27,808 nucleotides of DNA from a bacterium (GTDB taxonomy: Bacteria > Patescibacteriota > Dojkabacteria > JAKAPS01): assembly GCA_021806925.1 (NCBI GenBank), contig JAKAPS010000012.1:1-27808 (forward strand), given 5' to 3'. Within the stretch, counting starts at the first letter, position 1; each line of letters starts with the position of its first letter. Shown here piece by piece: positions 1 to 9,033 of the stretch. The notes under the pieces are model-generated. The model worked only from the letters and a program-made list of their open reading frames with translations. It was not told the DNA's origin and made no database searches. The position numbers and the translations under genes are program-made.

Positions 1-422
1 GAATACTATGCAAACCTAGCACCCACAAATATCAATTTTGTATCCTATAACTCTATTCATAAATTTAAATTCATTGATTTATCAACGTTCCTACTTTTAC
101 CATAGGTAAGATTTGTTTAACTTGAGATATAAATCAATAAAGCTTTCTCTTACTCTTTTTTTATTGTAAAAAAACGAATCGCTTATTTTTCATATTGATA
201 TTATACTCTATGCTCAGAACAAAAAAATCGCTATGGATAGTAAATTATAGGCACTGGTAACAAACGAAATATATTTAAGTAATATATAGACTTTATAGAC
301 TCTATTTATACACCCAATTAATCCTTCTATTCTTAATCAATTCTGCTTCTACTAAAAACACAGCGAATAGTTACAATAATTTGCATATCTCATCTTTTTA
401 TATTAGAGTTTTAGATAGTATT

Positions 423-1103
423 ATGAAAAATAACTATAGAAAGATGGCTGATGTTAATGGTATATATTTATTTAATAGGCAGATATTAATTATTGTAATG
501 TTTTCCTTTATACTTTTTGTTCTTGGTGTTTATTTTATATTAAGCAAATATATCACAACTCAAAGCGTTGCTAGCTCAGTAAAGGCTACAAATAGTTCAA
601 GCCTTTTATCACTTAGTATTAACAATTCTTCTCCATTATCACTAAAGCAATATTTCTCAACGTCTCTTTCACTTATTAATACAACATCAAATATATACAA
701 TGAAAACATGGTTTTCAATACAAAGTCACTTTTGGGAACTGGTGGAAATATTAATAATATACAAGGCAATATGTCTTCACTAAATGAGGTGAAAATTAAC
801 TCTCAAGTTAATTCAATTAGTAATACGGTTGGATTTTGTAATTTAATTTCTGAGGAAGCATTTATATATCAAGTTGAGTACTTCCAAGAAGCAATTAATA
901 ACCTATCACAAAATGACCCTAACCTTAGTAAGGAGCTACAAACTCAATCTAATACTGATACTTTAATTAATTCAGTAAATGCAAATATACAGATCTTGTT
1001 TAATAATCCAACAAAGCAGAACTCAAAAATATACAATAGCGATAAAGCAATTAATCAAAGTATAATATCAAATATAACTAATGAATATAACAGTATTCAA
1101 TAA
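423..1103 (+). CDS. N-terminally membrane-anchored N/S/T-rich surface or secreted protein, function unknown. The ORF track starts at 381, but Met423 (MKNNYRK) or Met444 is the more likely start.
   Basis: Long ORF with a single hydrophobic helix (ILIIVMFSFILFVLGVYFIL) followed by a low-complexity Asn/Ser/Thr-rich extracytoplasmic region. No recognisable catalytic motif. Confidence 0.4.
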   Translation: MKNNYRKMADVNGIYLFNRQILIIVMFSFILFVLGVYFILSKYITTQSVASSVKATNSSSLLSLSINNSSPLSLKQYFSTSLSLINTTSNIYNENMVFNTKSLLGTGGNINNIQGNMSSLNEVKINSQVNSISNTVGFCNLISEEAFIYQVEYFQEAINNLSQNDPNLSKELQTQSNTDTLINSVNANIQILFNNPTKQNSKIYNSDKAINQSIISNITNEYNSIQ

Positions 1104-1115
1104 TATCTATGAATT

Positions 1116-1188
1116 TGCCTCTACCGGGATTCGAACCCGGATGTTTGGAATGAGAATCCAATATCCTGAACCGTTAGATGATAGAGGC
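1116..1188 (-). tRNA. tRNA-Glu (anticodon CUC), 73 nt, no encoded CCA
   Basis: The reverse complement reads GCCTCTA-TC-ATCT-AACGGTTCA-GGAT-A-TTGGA-TTCTCAT-TCCAA-ACATC-CGGGTTCGAATCCCG-TAGAGGC-A. It has a 7-bp acceptor stem, a D-stem ATCT/GGAT (one G-U pair), a 5-bp anticodon stem TTGGA/TCCAA with loop TT-CTC-AT (U33 and A37 present), a GGTTCGAATCC T-arm and discriminator A. Confidence 0.8.
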
Positions 1189-1204
1189 AACAAATTTTCA
1201 ACTT

Positions 1205-1234
1205 ATTATACAATATATATATGAATATTGGCAA
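1205..1234 (-). promoter_or_regulatory. Sigma-70-like promoter for tRNA-Glu. -35 is TTGCCA, then an 18-nt spacer, then -10 TATAAT.
   Basis: The minus strand reads TTGCCA-atattcatatatatattg-TATAAT, about 16 nt before the tRNA 5' end. It overlaps the start codon of the divergent CAP-domain gene. Confidence 0.45.
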
Positions 1235-2141
1235 TCTTAAAGATCTAATTATTCCAACATATAGTAATAATTTTACGCCTATTCTAATTTCAAAAAAACT
1301 CATATTCACATATATTCTATTTATATTTCTAGTAAATACAGTATTTTCAGGATTACTCAATCAGACAATAACTAACACTTCCTATTCTACTGTGAATTCA
1401 CCTAAGGTTCTTGGTCTATCAAGTAATATAAACAGCGATTCCGTTACAAGTGAAAATATAATAAAGCTAACAAATATTGACAGGGAGAATTATGGATTGA
1501 ATTCTCTTGCTACTAACACAAATTTAAACAGTGCAGCTCAAAATAAAGCTGAAGACATGATGAAATATCAGTATTGGAGTCATATAAATCCAACTACAGG
1601 AAAAACGCCTTGGGATTTTATTATAGATTCGGGAATTGAATACACATATGCTGGCGAAAACCTAGCAGAAGGATTTAATTCTGCTAGTAGCTTAAACAAT
1701 GCGTGGATGAATTCACCAGAACATAAAGCAAACATTCTTAATAGAAATTATACAGATATAGGCGTAGGAGTAATTCAAGGAAATTTTCTTCATTCCAACA
1801 ATGTTTATGTTGTTGTTGAGCTATTTGCAACACCTATAAATATAACTAATCAATCGATTACACAAAATGGAGTACAGAATAATCCTTCAAATAATACAAA
1901 AACAATAATCTACGCTTCTAAAACATCAACCAAAGTTACAAATATTGAATTTACAACAGTTGTAAATATATCTACAGTAATATTTCTGTTCTTAATATTT
2001 TTTATAGACACTATATTCAGTTACAAATTAAGAAATAGAATATCTGATAAAATAAATTCAAATTCACCTCGTAAGCTAACACTGATTATCGTAATACTAT
2101 TTATATTAATTTTATCAATGACCTCAGGAAGAATATTATGA
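1221..2141 (+). CDS. CAP/SCP (PR-1-like, YkwD-like) domain protein with an N-terminal TM helix and two C-terminal TM helices
   Basis: The central region (ENYGLNSLATN...AAQNKAEDMM...YWSHINP...YAGENLAEGF...AWMNSPEHKANILN..YTDIGVGV) matches the CAP/SCP domain family typified by Bacillus YkwD. A Ser/Thr/Asn-rich linker is followed by hydrophobic C-terminal helices and a basic stretch. Confidence 0.65.
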   Translation: MNIGNLKDLIIPTYSNNFTPILISKKLIFTYILFIFLVNTVFSGLLNQTITNTSYSTVNSPKVLGLSSNINSDSVTSENIIKLTNIDRENYGLNSLATNTNLNSAAQNKAEDMMKYQYWSHINPTTGKTPWDFIIDSGIEYTYAGENLAEGFNSASSLNNAWMNSPEHKANILNRNYTDIGVGVIQGNFLHSNNVYVVVELFATPINITNQSITQNGVQNNPSNNTKTIIYASKTSTKVTNIEFTTVVNISTVIFLFLIFFIDTIFSYKLRNRISDKINSNSPRKLTLIIVILFILILSMTSGRIL

Positions 2142-2833
2142 AAATATATACAATATCATTTTATTATTTAATTTTGGTTCTACTTACACTAACTTATTCT
2201 AATATATACCTGTTATATTTTATACTTGCGACTTTCCTAGCATATACAATGTTTGTAATAAAGAAATCGAGAAGCGGCATTAACATGATAATAGAAAGTC
2301 ATAATGAAATATTTACAAATATTAATATATTTCTACTCTACATACTTTGTTCCGTAAATATATTTGTTCTAAATAAAAATTTAGGTATAGATATTCTTGA
2401 AATATTATTTTCTTTTGGAGTAACTATTATGTATATACTTACAAGTAAGAATGATGATTTAAGAGAACTAGCAAATCAATATATACTATTTTTCTTATTC
2501 CTATTTTCTGAGATGTTCTTCTTATTAATAAATCAATTGTTAAGTATATTACCGTTTCTATATATATTTCTAATTGAGTTTATTGAGAAGAAGCAAAGAC
2601 TACTATCAATTACAATCTTATCTATCTCACTAATATTAATTTCAATTTCTATTGCTGACTATTTTAAAGTATATTATGTATACACCCTTTTTATAAACGC
2701 AGTAATATATTATATATCAGTCAATTCTCAGCACCACCTTGCCAATGGACAACTTGATTTAGATACAATAGTTGAATATTTAGCAATTATACTTCTTGCA
2801 ATAACTGTTATATTTTCTTTCATTAAGATTTAG
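2138..2833 (+). CDS. Polytopic integral membrane protein (about 6-7 TM helices), unknown function
   Basis: The start codon overlaps the upstream stop (ATGA), suggesting translational coupling with the CAP-domain gene. The protein is highly hydrophobic. It has weak HxxxN (QHHLAN) and single-Glu motifs reminiscent of CPBP/CAAX-type membrane proteases, but these are not convincing. Confidence 0.45.
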   Translation: MKIYTISFYYLILVLLTLTYSNIYLLYFILATFLAYTMFVIKKSRSGINMIIESHNEIFTNINIFLLYILCSVNIFVLNKNLGIDILEILFSFGVTIMYILTSKNDDLRELANQYILFFLFLFSEMFFLLINQLLSILPFLYIFLIEFIEKKQRLLSITILSISLILISISIADYFKVYYVYTLFINAVIYYISVNSQHHLANGQLDLDTIVEYLAIILLAITVIFSFIKI

Positions 2834-4109
2834 CCATTATCCATGCATCACCTATTTCAGTATCATCATAGTATTCATGCGTGCCATTTCCAGTTCCAAG
2901 AAAATCCAATCCAGATCCGTACCATGGGTCATTTATTAAATAATTACCATTGCCCAAATTCTTATAGAAAACAACCCAGTGTTCACCATTTGGTGCATTC
3001 AAATACACAATAACTGGTGTATTCTGTGATATATAGTAGTTTATAGTCCCTAGATCATATGATACTTCTACTGGTTGTAGGCTTGCTGTTGATAATGCTG
3101 TTGACCATGTTTCCATATAATTACCAGAAAATATAGTTCCTCCTGATATAACTGAAGGAGTGTAGTACTCGCCAGTTTCATAAGTAGCAACCATAGCTAT
3201 ACTTGAAATTAAACAGCCATATTGCATATTAATGCTTGTTCCGTCCAATCCTTGGAGAGTACCATAACATTGCTGGTTATAGTACCACCAATTTCCGCTT
3301 GTACAACCGCTTCCACCTGTATATCCTGATACTTTCATACTACTAAGTTGATTTACTATTGAATCGTATTGGTTATGTGCTAAAGATATACTGTTTTTAA
3401 TATTACTATTCTCTGCATAGTAAGTACTGAGCTCATTGTTATAGTAACTCTCTTGATTGTTAAGCGAATTTTGTGTTGACTGTAGTGAAGCCTGAGTAGA
3501 TGCTAATTGCTCTTCATTTGATGAAAGCAAATTTAACTTTTGCTCAAGAACATATTGCATATTTTTTAATTGGCTAAGTACACTAGATTGATTTGAACTT
3601 ACAACATTCAAATATGTTATATCAGATAGGGTTAGTAATACAGAAGATTGTGAAACTGCAACGAAAAGTGGATTTAGGAAACTATTCTCGTATGATGTTT
3701 TTAAACCGCTGTCAAATTGGCTTCTTAATGAAATAATTTTTCTATCAGTATCTTGTATAGCACTTTTATTACTGCTTATTTGATTATTAATAACAGAAAT
3801 TTGAGTATTAAGAATTGCTATTTTATCCTCATTTGCAGCAATCAATCCGTTTATATTATTTATATTATCCTGACTGAGTGAAATATTGTTATTTATACTC
3901 TTTAGTGAAGATTCATAATTTTGAATCTTCTGACTTATTGAATTCAATTGACTCTGTAGCTGATTTATCTCGCTCATTTGACCGCTTGAATATTGAGCGA
4001 ATACAGGAACACTCGAAAAAAATCCATACAAAATTAGAACAAACAAAGATAATCTAAAAAATAACTTTAATCTATGAATAACATTCATATTACTATAAAC
4101 AGTATACAT
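2823..4109 (-). CDS. Secreted coiled-coil protein with a C-terminal papain-like (Peptidase_C39_2-like or CHAP-like) peptidoglycan hydrolase domain. It is an analogue of PcsB/CwlO.
   Basis: A signal-peptide-like N-terminus (the likely start is Met8, MNVIHRLKLFF..VFAQ) is followed by about 200 aa of heptad-rich Q/N/S/L coiled-coil sequence. The C-terminal roughly 170 aa contain a putative catalytic Cys in QYGCLISSIAMV (compare C39_2 CGPxSLAMVL) and a downstream His (NGEHWVVFY). The gene lies directly downstream of ftsE-ftsX. Confidence 0.6.
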   Translation of the reverse strand: MYTVYSNMNVIHRLKLFFRLSLFVLILYGFFSSVPVFAQYSSGQMSEINQLQSQLNSISQKIQNYESSLKSINNNISLSQDNINNINGLIAANEDKIAILNTQISVINNQISSNKSAIQDTDRKIISLRSQFDSGLKTSYENSFLNPLFVAVSQSSVLLTLSDITYLNVVSSNQSSVLSQLKNMQYVLEQKLNLLSSNEEQLASTQASLQSTQNSLNNQESYYNNELSTYYAENSNIKNSISLAHNQYDSIVNQLSSMKVSGYTGGSGCTSGNWWYYNQQCYGTLQGLDGTSINMQYGCLISSIAMVATYETGEYYTPSVISGGTIFSGNYMETWSTALSTASLQPVEVSYDLGTINYYISQNTPVIVYLNAPNGEHWVVFYKNLGNGNYLINDPWYGSGLDFLGTGNGTHEYYDDTEIGDAWIMAKS

Positions 4110-4214
4110 TACATTAGAGAGTATGTTAAATTTAAATAGTTAATTGTTTGTTTTATTATCTTTATTATAAATTTAAGTACTTTTTACGTGAACTATTTAC
4201 CTATTTTATTCTCC

Positions 4215-5135
4215 TTATTTTTTTGAAAATTGTATAGCAACAATACTGCAAATTGTAGCTATTAAAAATCCGGTAAATAATTCTACACAAGCTATCTCAA
4301 CTTGATTTAAAATCGAAAAATTATATAATGGTATACCTGATAAATATGACATTATATTATTATACTGACTCTTGTAAAAATATTTGAATGAGTAATATGC
4401 TATAAATATAAGGCTATTTGCAAAGACTCCACCAAAAATACCACTGTACCCGCCAGACAGAATATACGACGAATTAATAAAGAACGATGTACTACCAACA
4501 AGTCTCATTATTTCTATCTCTTCTTTTTGCGAATCAAACGCAATTGATATTGAAATAGAAATTATTAAGAATGATATTAAAATAAGGAGTGAAGCAAATA
4601 TTATTGCAACAAGCCTAACTGTATCTATGAACTGCTTTAATAAATTTTCAATATTTCTGTAATATAATACTTTATCAATATAATCAGTCGAGCCTTGGAT
4701 TGTATAAACCTTATCTGCAATCAAAGTAAGGTTATCAATATTATCCGTTTTTATAGTAATACTTGGGGGTAATTTTGTTTCATCTACACTCTGACTTAGA
4801 CCTGGATTTTCTTTATTTAAGAATTTTAAAAATGATTCATATGCACTACTTTGGCTTGTAAATGTCATCGTAGATTTTATATTCAATGCTTGAATTGAAT
4901 TTTCAAATGCTGAAACATCACTCATTGAATATGTTGCTGGATTTAAAAATACAATAATCTGAGATTGAGATTCAACATAATTCAGTACCTCACTTGCAAA
5001 GAAAATTACACCTATAAAAGTTGTAAGAATAATAAAGGAAAGCCCTACAACAACTCCACTTGCAATTGACATTTTAATATTTCTTCCAAATATTAAAAAA
5101 CTTCTTTTTATTATTCTATTCAATTGTATTATCAT
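4215..5135 (-). CDS. ftsX: Cell-division ABC transporter permease-like protein FtsX
   Basis: 306 aa with an N-terminal basic segment, TM1, a large extracytoplasmic domain and three C-terminal TM helices. It is immediately downstream of ftsE and overlaps it by 4 bp. Confidence 0.7.
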   Translation of the reverse strand: MIIQLNRIIKRSFLIFGRNIKMSIASGVVVGLSFIILTTFIGVIFFASEVLNYVESQSQIIVFLNPATYSMSDVSAFENSIQALNIKSTMTFTSQSSAYESFLKFLNKENPGLSQSVDETKLPPSITIKTDNIDNLTLIADKVYTIQGSTDYIDKVLYYRNIENLLKQFIDTVRLVAIIFASLLILISFLIISISISIAFDSQKEEIEIMRLVGSTSFFINSSYILSGGYSGIFGGVFANSLIFIAYYSFKYFYKSQYNNIMSYLSGIPLYNFSILNQVEIACVELFTGFLIATICSIVAIQFSKK

Positions 5136-5851
5136 ACTTCATAACCTCCTTTTGAATCCCTAATTATCATACCACCATTTAATGCAATTACTCTCTTCTG
5201 CATAGAATCAACAACATCGCTGGCATGAGTAGCCATTAATACAGTTGTTCCATAATTATTTATCTTATTTAAAAGCTGTATTATATCCCACTGCATTCCA
5301 GGATCAAGATTTCCTGTTGGTTCATCTGCAATTAATAAACGTGGGGAATTCGCCATTGCTCTAGCAATTGCAACACGCTGCTTTTCACCTCCACTAAGTT
5401 GATATGGGAAACTATTATTTTTATCTTTTAACTCTACCATGTCAAGAACTGATGCAACCGCATCTTTAATAAAAGCATTGCTCCTGTTTGTTACTTCAAG
5501 TGCAAGTGCAATATTCTCATAAACTGTCCTTTTTTGTAATAATTTGAAATCTTGATATACAAATCCTATTTCTCTTCTGAAAAATGGTAATCCGCCATTT
5601 CTGATTCTATTAACATCTAGTCCGAAAAATTCTATTACACCACTTGTAGGTTTATCCTGCCTGAAAAGTAATTTTAAGATTGTTGTTTTTCCTGCACCAG
5701 ATGGACCAACTAAAAATACAAATTCACCTTCATCTATATCAAAGGTAATATCTTTTATTGCATAGACACTACCATACAACATAGATACATTTTTAAAGGA
5801 TAGAGCCATATATACACATATAAATATAAACGAAAAAACGTAAAGTTTCAA
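5132..5851 (-). CDS. ftsE: Cell-division ABC ATPase FtsE. The likely true start is Met at 5809 (MALSFKNVSMLYG...).
   Basis: Walker A (GPSGAGKTT), ABC signature (LSGGEKQRVAIARA), Walker B (LLIADEPTGNLD) and an H-loop are present. It is about 225 aa from the internal Met. Confidence 0.9.
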   Translation of the reverse strand: MKLYVFSFIFICVYMALSFKNVSMLYGSVYAIKDITFDIDEGEFVFLVGPSGAGKTTILKLLFRQDKPTSGVIEFFGLDVNRIRNGGLPFFRREIGFVYQDFKLLQKRTVYENIALALEVTNRSNAFIKDAVASVLDMVELKDKNNSFPYQLSGGEKQRVAIARAMANSPRLLIADEPTGNLDPGMQWDIIQLLNKINNYGTTVLMATHASDVVDSMQKRVIALNGGMIIRDSKGGYEV

Positions 5852-5936
5852 CCATGTAAGTAATCACTTATTTTATTATTCCCTACAATGTGTAATATTT
5901 TCTTGTTTAGTAATTAAAAACACAAAACTATTAACT

Positions 5937-7049
5937 TCAATTTGAATTAAGTAGAACTTCTGCATTAATGAATTCATCTAAATCACCATCTAAAACACCA
6001 TCTGTATCACTAGTTTCAACTCCTGTCCTCAAATCCTTTACAAGTTTATATGGTGCTAATACATAATTTCTAATCTGATTACCCCATCCAGCTACCTTAT
6101 ACACACCTTTTAATTTTTGAATTTCATTATTTTCCTTTTCAATTTCAATCTGCAATAACTTTGATTTTAATTTTTCCATAGCAAGCATTCGATTTTCAAT
6201 TTGAGTTCTTGCTGTTGAGGCAGTTACAACAATTCCAGTAGGAATATGAGTAATTGTCACCTTAGTGTTTACTTTATTTACATTCTGTCCACCAGCTCCA
6301 CCGCTTCTTGAAGCTTGAAACTCAATCTCATCATCTGAAACTACTATTTCATTTCTTTTATCAAGCTGTGGCATTACTTCTACAAGACAAAATGATGTTT
6401 GCCTTAATCCTTGTGCATTAAATGGAGATATTCTAACTAATCTATGAGCACCAGCTTCGTTTTTCAATTTACCATATATATATTCCCCAGATGAAACAAA
6501 TAGCTCAATACTGTCTATTCCCGCTTCATTTCCTTTTATAATATCAGTAATCTCAACTTTCCAGTTATTTTTTTCAAAATATCTTGTGTACATTCTTCTT
6601 ATCATATCAGCCCAATCACATGCTTCTGTACCACCTTGCCCTGCATGTATTGAAACAAAGCAATTCGAATCATCATATTTTCCAGAGAAACAAACTACTA
6701 TTTCTAAATTACCAACCTCTTTTTTTAATTCATTGTATAAATCAATCGACTCCTTTATTTCCTGTGAAGATGAATCATCAGCATTTTGTGGTATTGATGA
6801 AATCACTTCATTTAGAAAATTCAAATTATTCTCTATATCATTCAATTTATCTAGTATACTATTAATCTCTGATATTCTTTTAAGTATAACCTTGTTATTC
6901 TCAGGATTACTCCAAAAATCTGGACTCTTTGTTTCTTCCTGTAAAGTATCCAGTTCTGATTTTAGTGACTCAATATTAAATTTAGATTTTAAAGCTAAAA
7001 ATGAAGAGAATAATTCTTCTGTTGATTTTGTTAATTGATATTTATCCAT
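5937..7049 (-). CDS. prfB: Peptide chain release factor 2, encoded in a single frame
   Basis: Contains the SPF tripeptide motif (RISPFNAQG) and GGQ (SGGAGGQNVNKV). The start MDKYQLTKS... is read in-frame, with no CUU-UGA shift site. Confidence 0.9.
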   Translation of the reverse strand: MDKYQLTKSTEELFSSFLALKSKFNIESLKSELDTLQEETKSPDFWSNPENNKVILKRISEINSILDKLNDIENNLNFLNEVISSIPQNADDSSSQEIKESIDLYNELKKEVGNLEIVVCFSGKYDDSNCFVSIHAGQGGTEACDWADMIRRMYTRYFEKNNWKVEITDIIKGNEAGIDSIELFVSSGEYIYGKLKNEAGAHRLVRISPFNAQGLRQTSFCLVEVMPQLDKRNEIVVSDDEIEFQASRSGGAGGQNVNKVNTKVTITHIPTGIVVTASTARTQIENRMLAMEKLKSKLLQIEIEKENNEIQKLKGVYKVAGWGNQIRNYVLAPYKLVKDLRTGVETSDTDGVLDGDLDEFINAEVLLNSN

Positions 7050-7184
7050 AACCTTAAATGTATTTCAAAAAGTTAAAATTCTAATGCTCCAATGCAAATT
7101 CCCTATGTATTATACAACTTATTCTAAATTATTGCACAAAAGAAAAGCGCTTCCTACCCACAAGATGTCCATTATTTCATAGTC

Positions 7185-7547
7185 TCATAGGTATTGCTTT
7201 ATTTCTTCCTTAAGTTGAGGAATTGTATAGATATTCTTTATAAAATAGGCATCACATTTTTCAGCAAAACCAAGATTAACAAAATTTACATCAGAAACAT
7301 TAGTGAGCATAACTATTTTTATTCCTGATGTTAATTGATCCTGTTTTAATATTTTTAATACCTCAATTCCACTCATTCCTGGCAGTTGAATATCAAGTAT
7401 AATTAAATCAGGCTTGAATTCAAGAACAACTTTCAAAGCCTCTCTTCCATCGTAGCATACTTTTACATCATGTCCATCACTTTCAAAGCTTTCAGCGTAT
7501 AGTTGAGCAATATCTTTTTCATCTTCTACAATTAAGATTTTTTTCAT
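7185..7547 (-). CDS. Stand-alone receiver-domain (CheY-like) response regulator
   Basis: 120 aa. The fold motifs are KILIVEDE, the phospho-acceptor Asp in LIILDIQLPGMSG, and the conserved T/K residues. There is no output domain. Confidence 0.8.
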   Translation of the reverse strand: MKKILIVEDEKDIAQLYAESFESDGHDVKVCYDGREALKVVLEFKPDLIILDIQLPGMSGIEVLKILKQDQLTSGIKIVMLTNVSDVNFVNLGFAEKCDAYFIKNIYTIPQLKEEIKQYL

Positions 7548-7568
7548 AAATTTCTAAAATATATATTA

Positions 7569-8045
7569 CTATACTTTGAACGATTTTGAAACTGCTAAAT
7601 TAAGAGCATCATTAAATACAATTGTATAATTGTTATTCTGTATAATATTCTCTGGTACTACTGCAACTTGATTATCAATTGCGTAATTTATTAGAGGTGC
7701 AAATGTACTTAAATTAGTATTACCTGGAAATTTTTCAATCACTATATTTGTGAGCTTTCCAGAGCTTATTGTAATTTGAACAATTAATGCTCCTGAATTT
7801 AATGAACCAAAGCCTGAATATATTCCATCTCTGTAAGCACCTGTTGGGCTTAAATATGACCCTGTTTTTGATTTTATATCCCATAAATTCACTCCTGGTG
7901 CACTTGTATAACTATTTGCTGTATTGCTTTTTAAAACAGTTTCCTTCTTTTCATTGGATAATATATAAACAAGCAATACTATTAGAACAAAAATTGACAA
8001 TATAATAATAGAGATATATATTAGAGTTTTTCTTTTCATCACCAT
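7569..8045 (-). CDS. Membrane-anchored FMN-binding (FMN_bind) domain protein
   Basis: N-terminal TM helix followed by GAYRDGIYSGFGSLNSGALIVQITISSGKLTNIVIEKFPG, which resembles FMN-binding domains of the RnfG/NqrC type. Confidence 0.5.
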   Translation of the reverse strand: MVMKRKTLIYISIIILSIFVLIVLLVYILSNEKKETVLKSNTANSYTSAPGVNLWDIKSKTGSYLSPTGAYRDGIYSGFGSLNSGALIVQITISSGKLTNIVIEKFPGNTNLSTFAPLINYAIDNQVAVVPENIIQNNNYTIVFNDALNLAVSKSFKV

Positions 8046-8103
8046 ATCAAATTATTGAACAAATTATACATTTATGCTAGACTTTTGGAAATAAATTTAA
8101 ATT

Positions 8104-9009
8104 ATGAATAATCAACAATTCTCTCAAATTAGCAGTACAAATGTAGGTGCACAAGTTGCCCTTTTTATAATACTAGAAATAATAGTGATACTTATTGGTA
8201 ATATATTGGGATTGTTGAATCCAATTCTACCAGTATTCTTTATATTCATCTTTTCAATCATCTCAATATTAATATCAATATCATTCAGGATAGTTAATCA
8301 ATGGTCAAGAGCAATTGTTTTAAGACTTGGGAAATTTCAGGCTGTAAAAGGGCCAGGTTTATTTTTCTTAATACCTGTTGTTGATTCAATTTCATCTATA
8401 ATTGACCTGAGGGTTATAACATCATCATTTAAAGCTGAATCTACATTAACAATTGATAATGTAGCAGTTACTGTAGATGCAGTTCTATTTTGGAAAGTTA
8501 TTGATCCAATGAAAGCTGCACTTGAGATTGCTGATTTTAGATCCTCTGTTACTCTTGCAAGTCAAACAGCACTGAGAGATATAATCGGTCAAAATGATTT
8601 ATCTACAATGCTAAGTAAAAGAGATCTCATCGATACAGGATTAAAAGAATTAATTGATAAGAGAACATCTCCTTGGGGAATTGAAGTAATAAGTGTTGAA
8701 ATAAAGGATGTAGCAATTCCAGATTCATTGCAGGCTGCAATGAGTATGCAAGCACAAGCAGAAAGGGAAAGACAAGCTAGAGTAATATTAGGTGATTCAG
8801 AAAGACAGATAGCTGAGAAGTTCGTTGAAGCTGCAAAGATTTATGAAAATAATCCAACAGCACTTCACCTGAGAGCAATGAATATGCTATACGAAGGATT
8901 AAAAGAAAAAGGTGCTTTGATGCTTATACCTTCCAGTGCTCTTGATACTATGAATCTTGGTTCAATAACTGGACTCGCTAGTGTTGCAGAAACACAACAG
9001 AAGGTATAA
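8104..9009 (+). CDS. SPFH/band-7 (stomatin/prohibitin-like) membrane protein
   Basis: N-terminal TM helices are followed by a canonical SPFH core (RLGKFQAVKGPGLFFLIPVVDS...TIDNVAVTVDAVLFWKVIDP...) and a coiled-coil/Ala-Gln-rich C-terminal region. Confidence 0.85.
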   Translation: MNNQQFSQISSTNVGAQVALFIILEIIVILIGNILGLLNPILPVFFIFIFSIISILISISFRIVNQWSRAIVLRLGKFQAVKGPGLFFLIPVVDSISSIIDLRVITSSFKAESTLTIDNVAVTVDAVLFWKVIDPMKAALEIADFRSSVTLASQTALRDIIGQNDLSTMLSKRDLIDTGLKELIDKRTSPWGIEVISVEIKDVAIPDSLQAAMSMQAQAERERQARVILGDSERQIAEKFVEAAKIYENNPTALHLRAMNMLYEGLKEKGALMLIPSSALDTMNLGSITGLASVAETQQKV

Positions 9010-9033
9010 GCATAGTTACTAATGGATTCTTAG

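Noticed and set aside
6584-7038. Plus-strand ORFs of 93 and 150 aa inside prfB
   Set aside because: They are antisense to a highly conserved gene, with low-complexity composition and no motifs. They are shadow ORFs typical of AT-rich DNA. The same applies to the antisense ORFs inside recJ, the P-type ATPase, the helicase, spoT, the ROK kinase, aspS and miaA.
5937-7049. Looked for the programmed +1 frameshift site (CUU UGA C near codon 26) typical of prfB
   Set aside because: The RF2 ORF is continuous from its ATG (MDKYQLTKS...) for 370 aa in one frame. No in-frame UGA and no shift site is present, so there is no PRF here.
7050-7184. AAGCGCTT palindrome between the response regulator and prfB, as a possible terminator
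   Set aside because: There is no loop and no following U-tract. It is too short to be meaningful.
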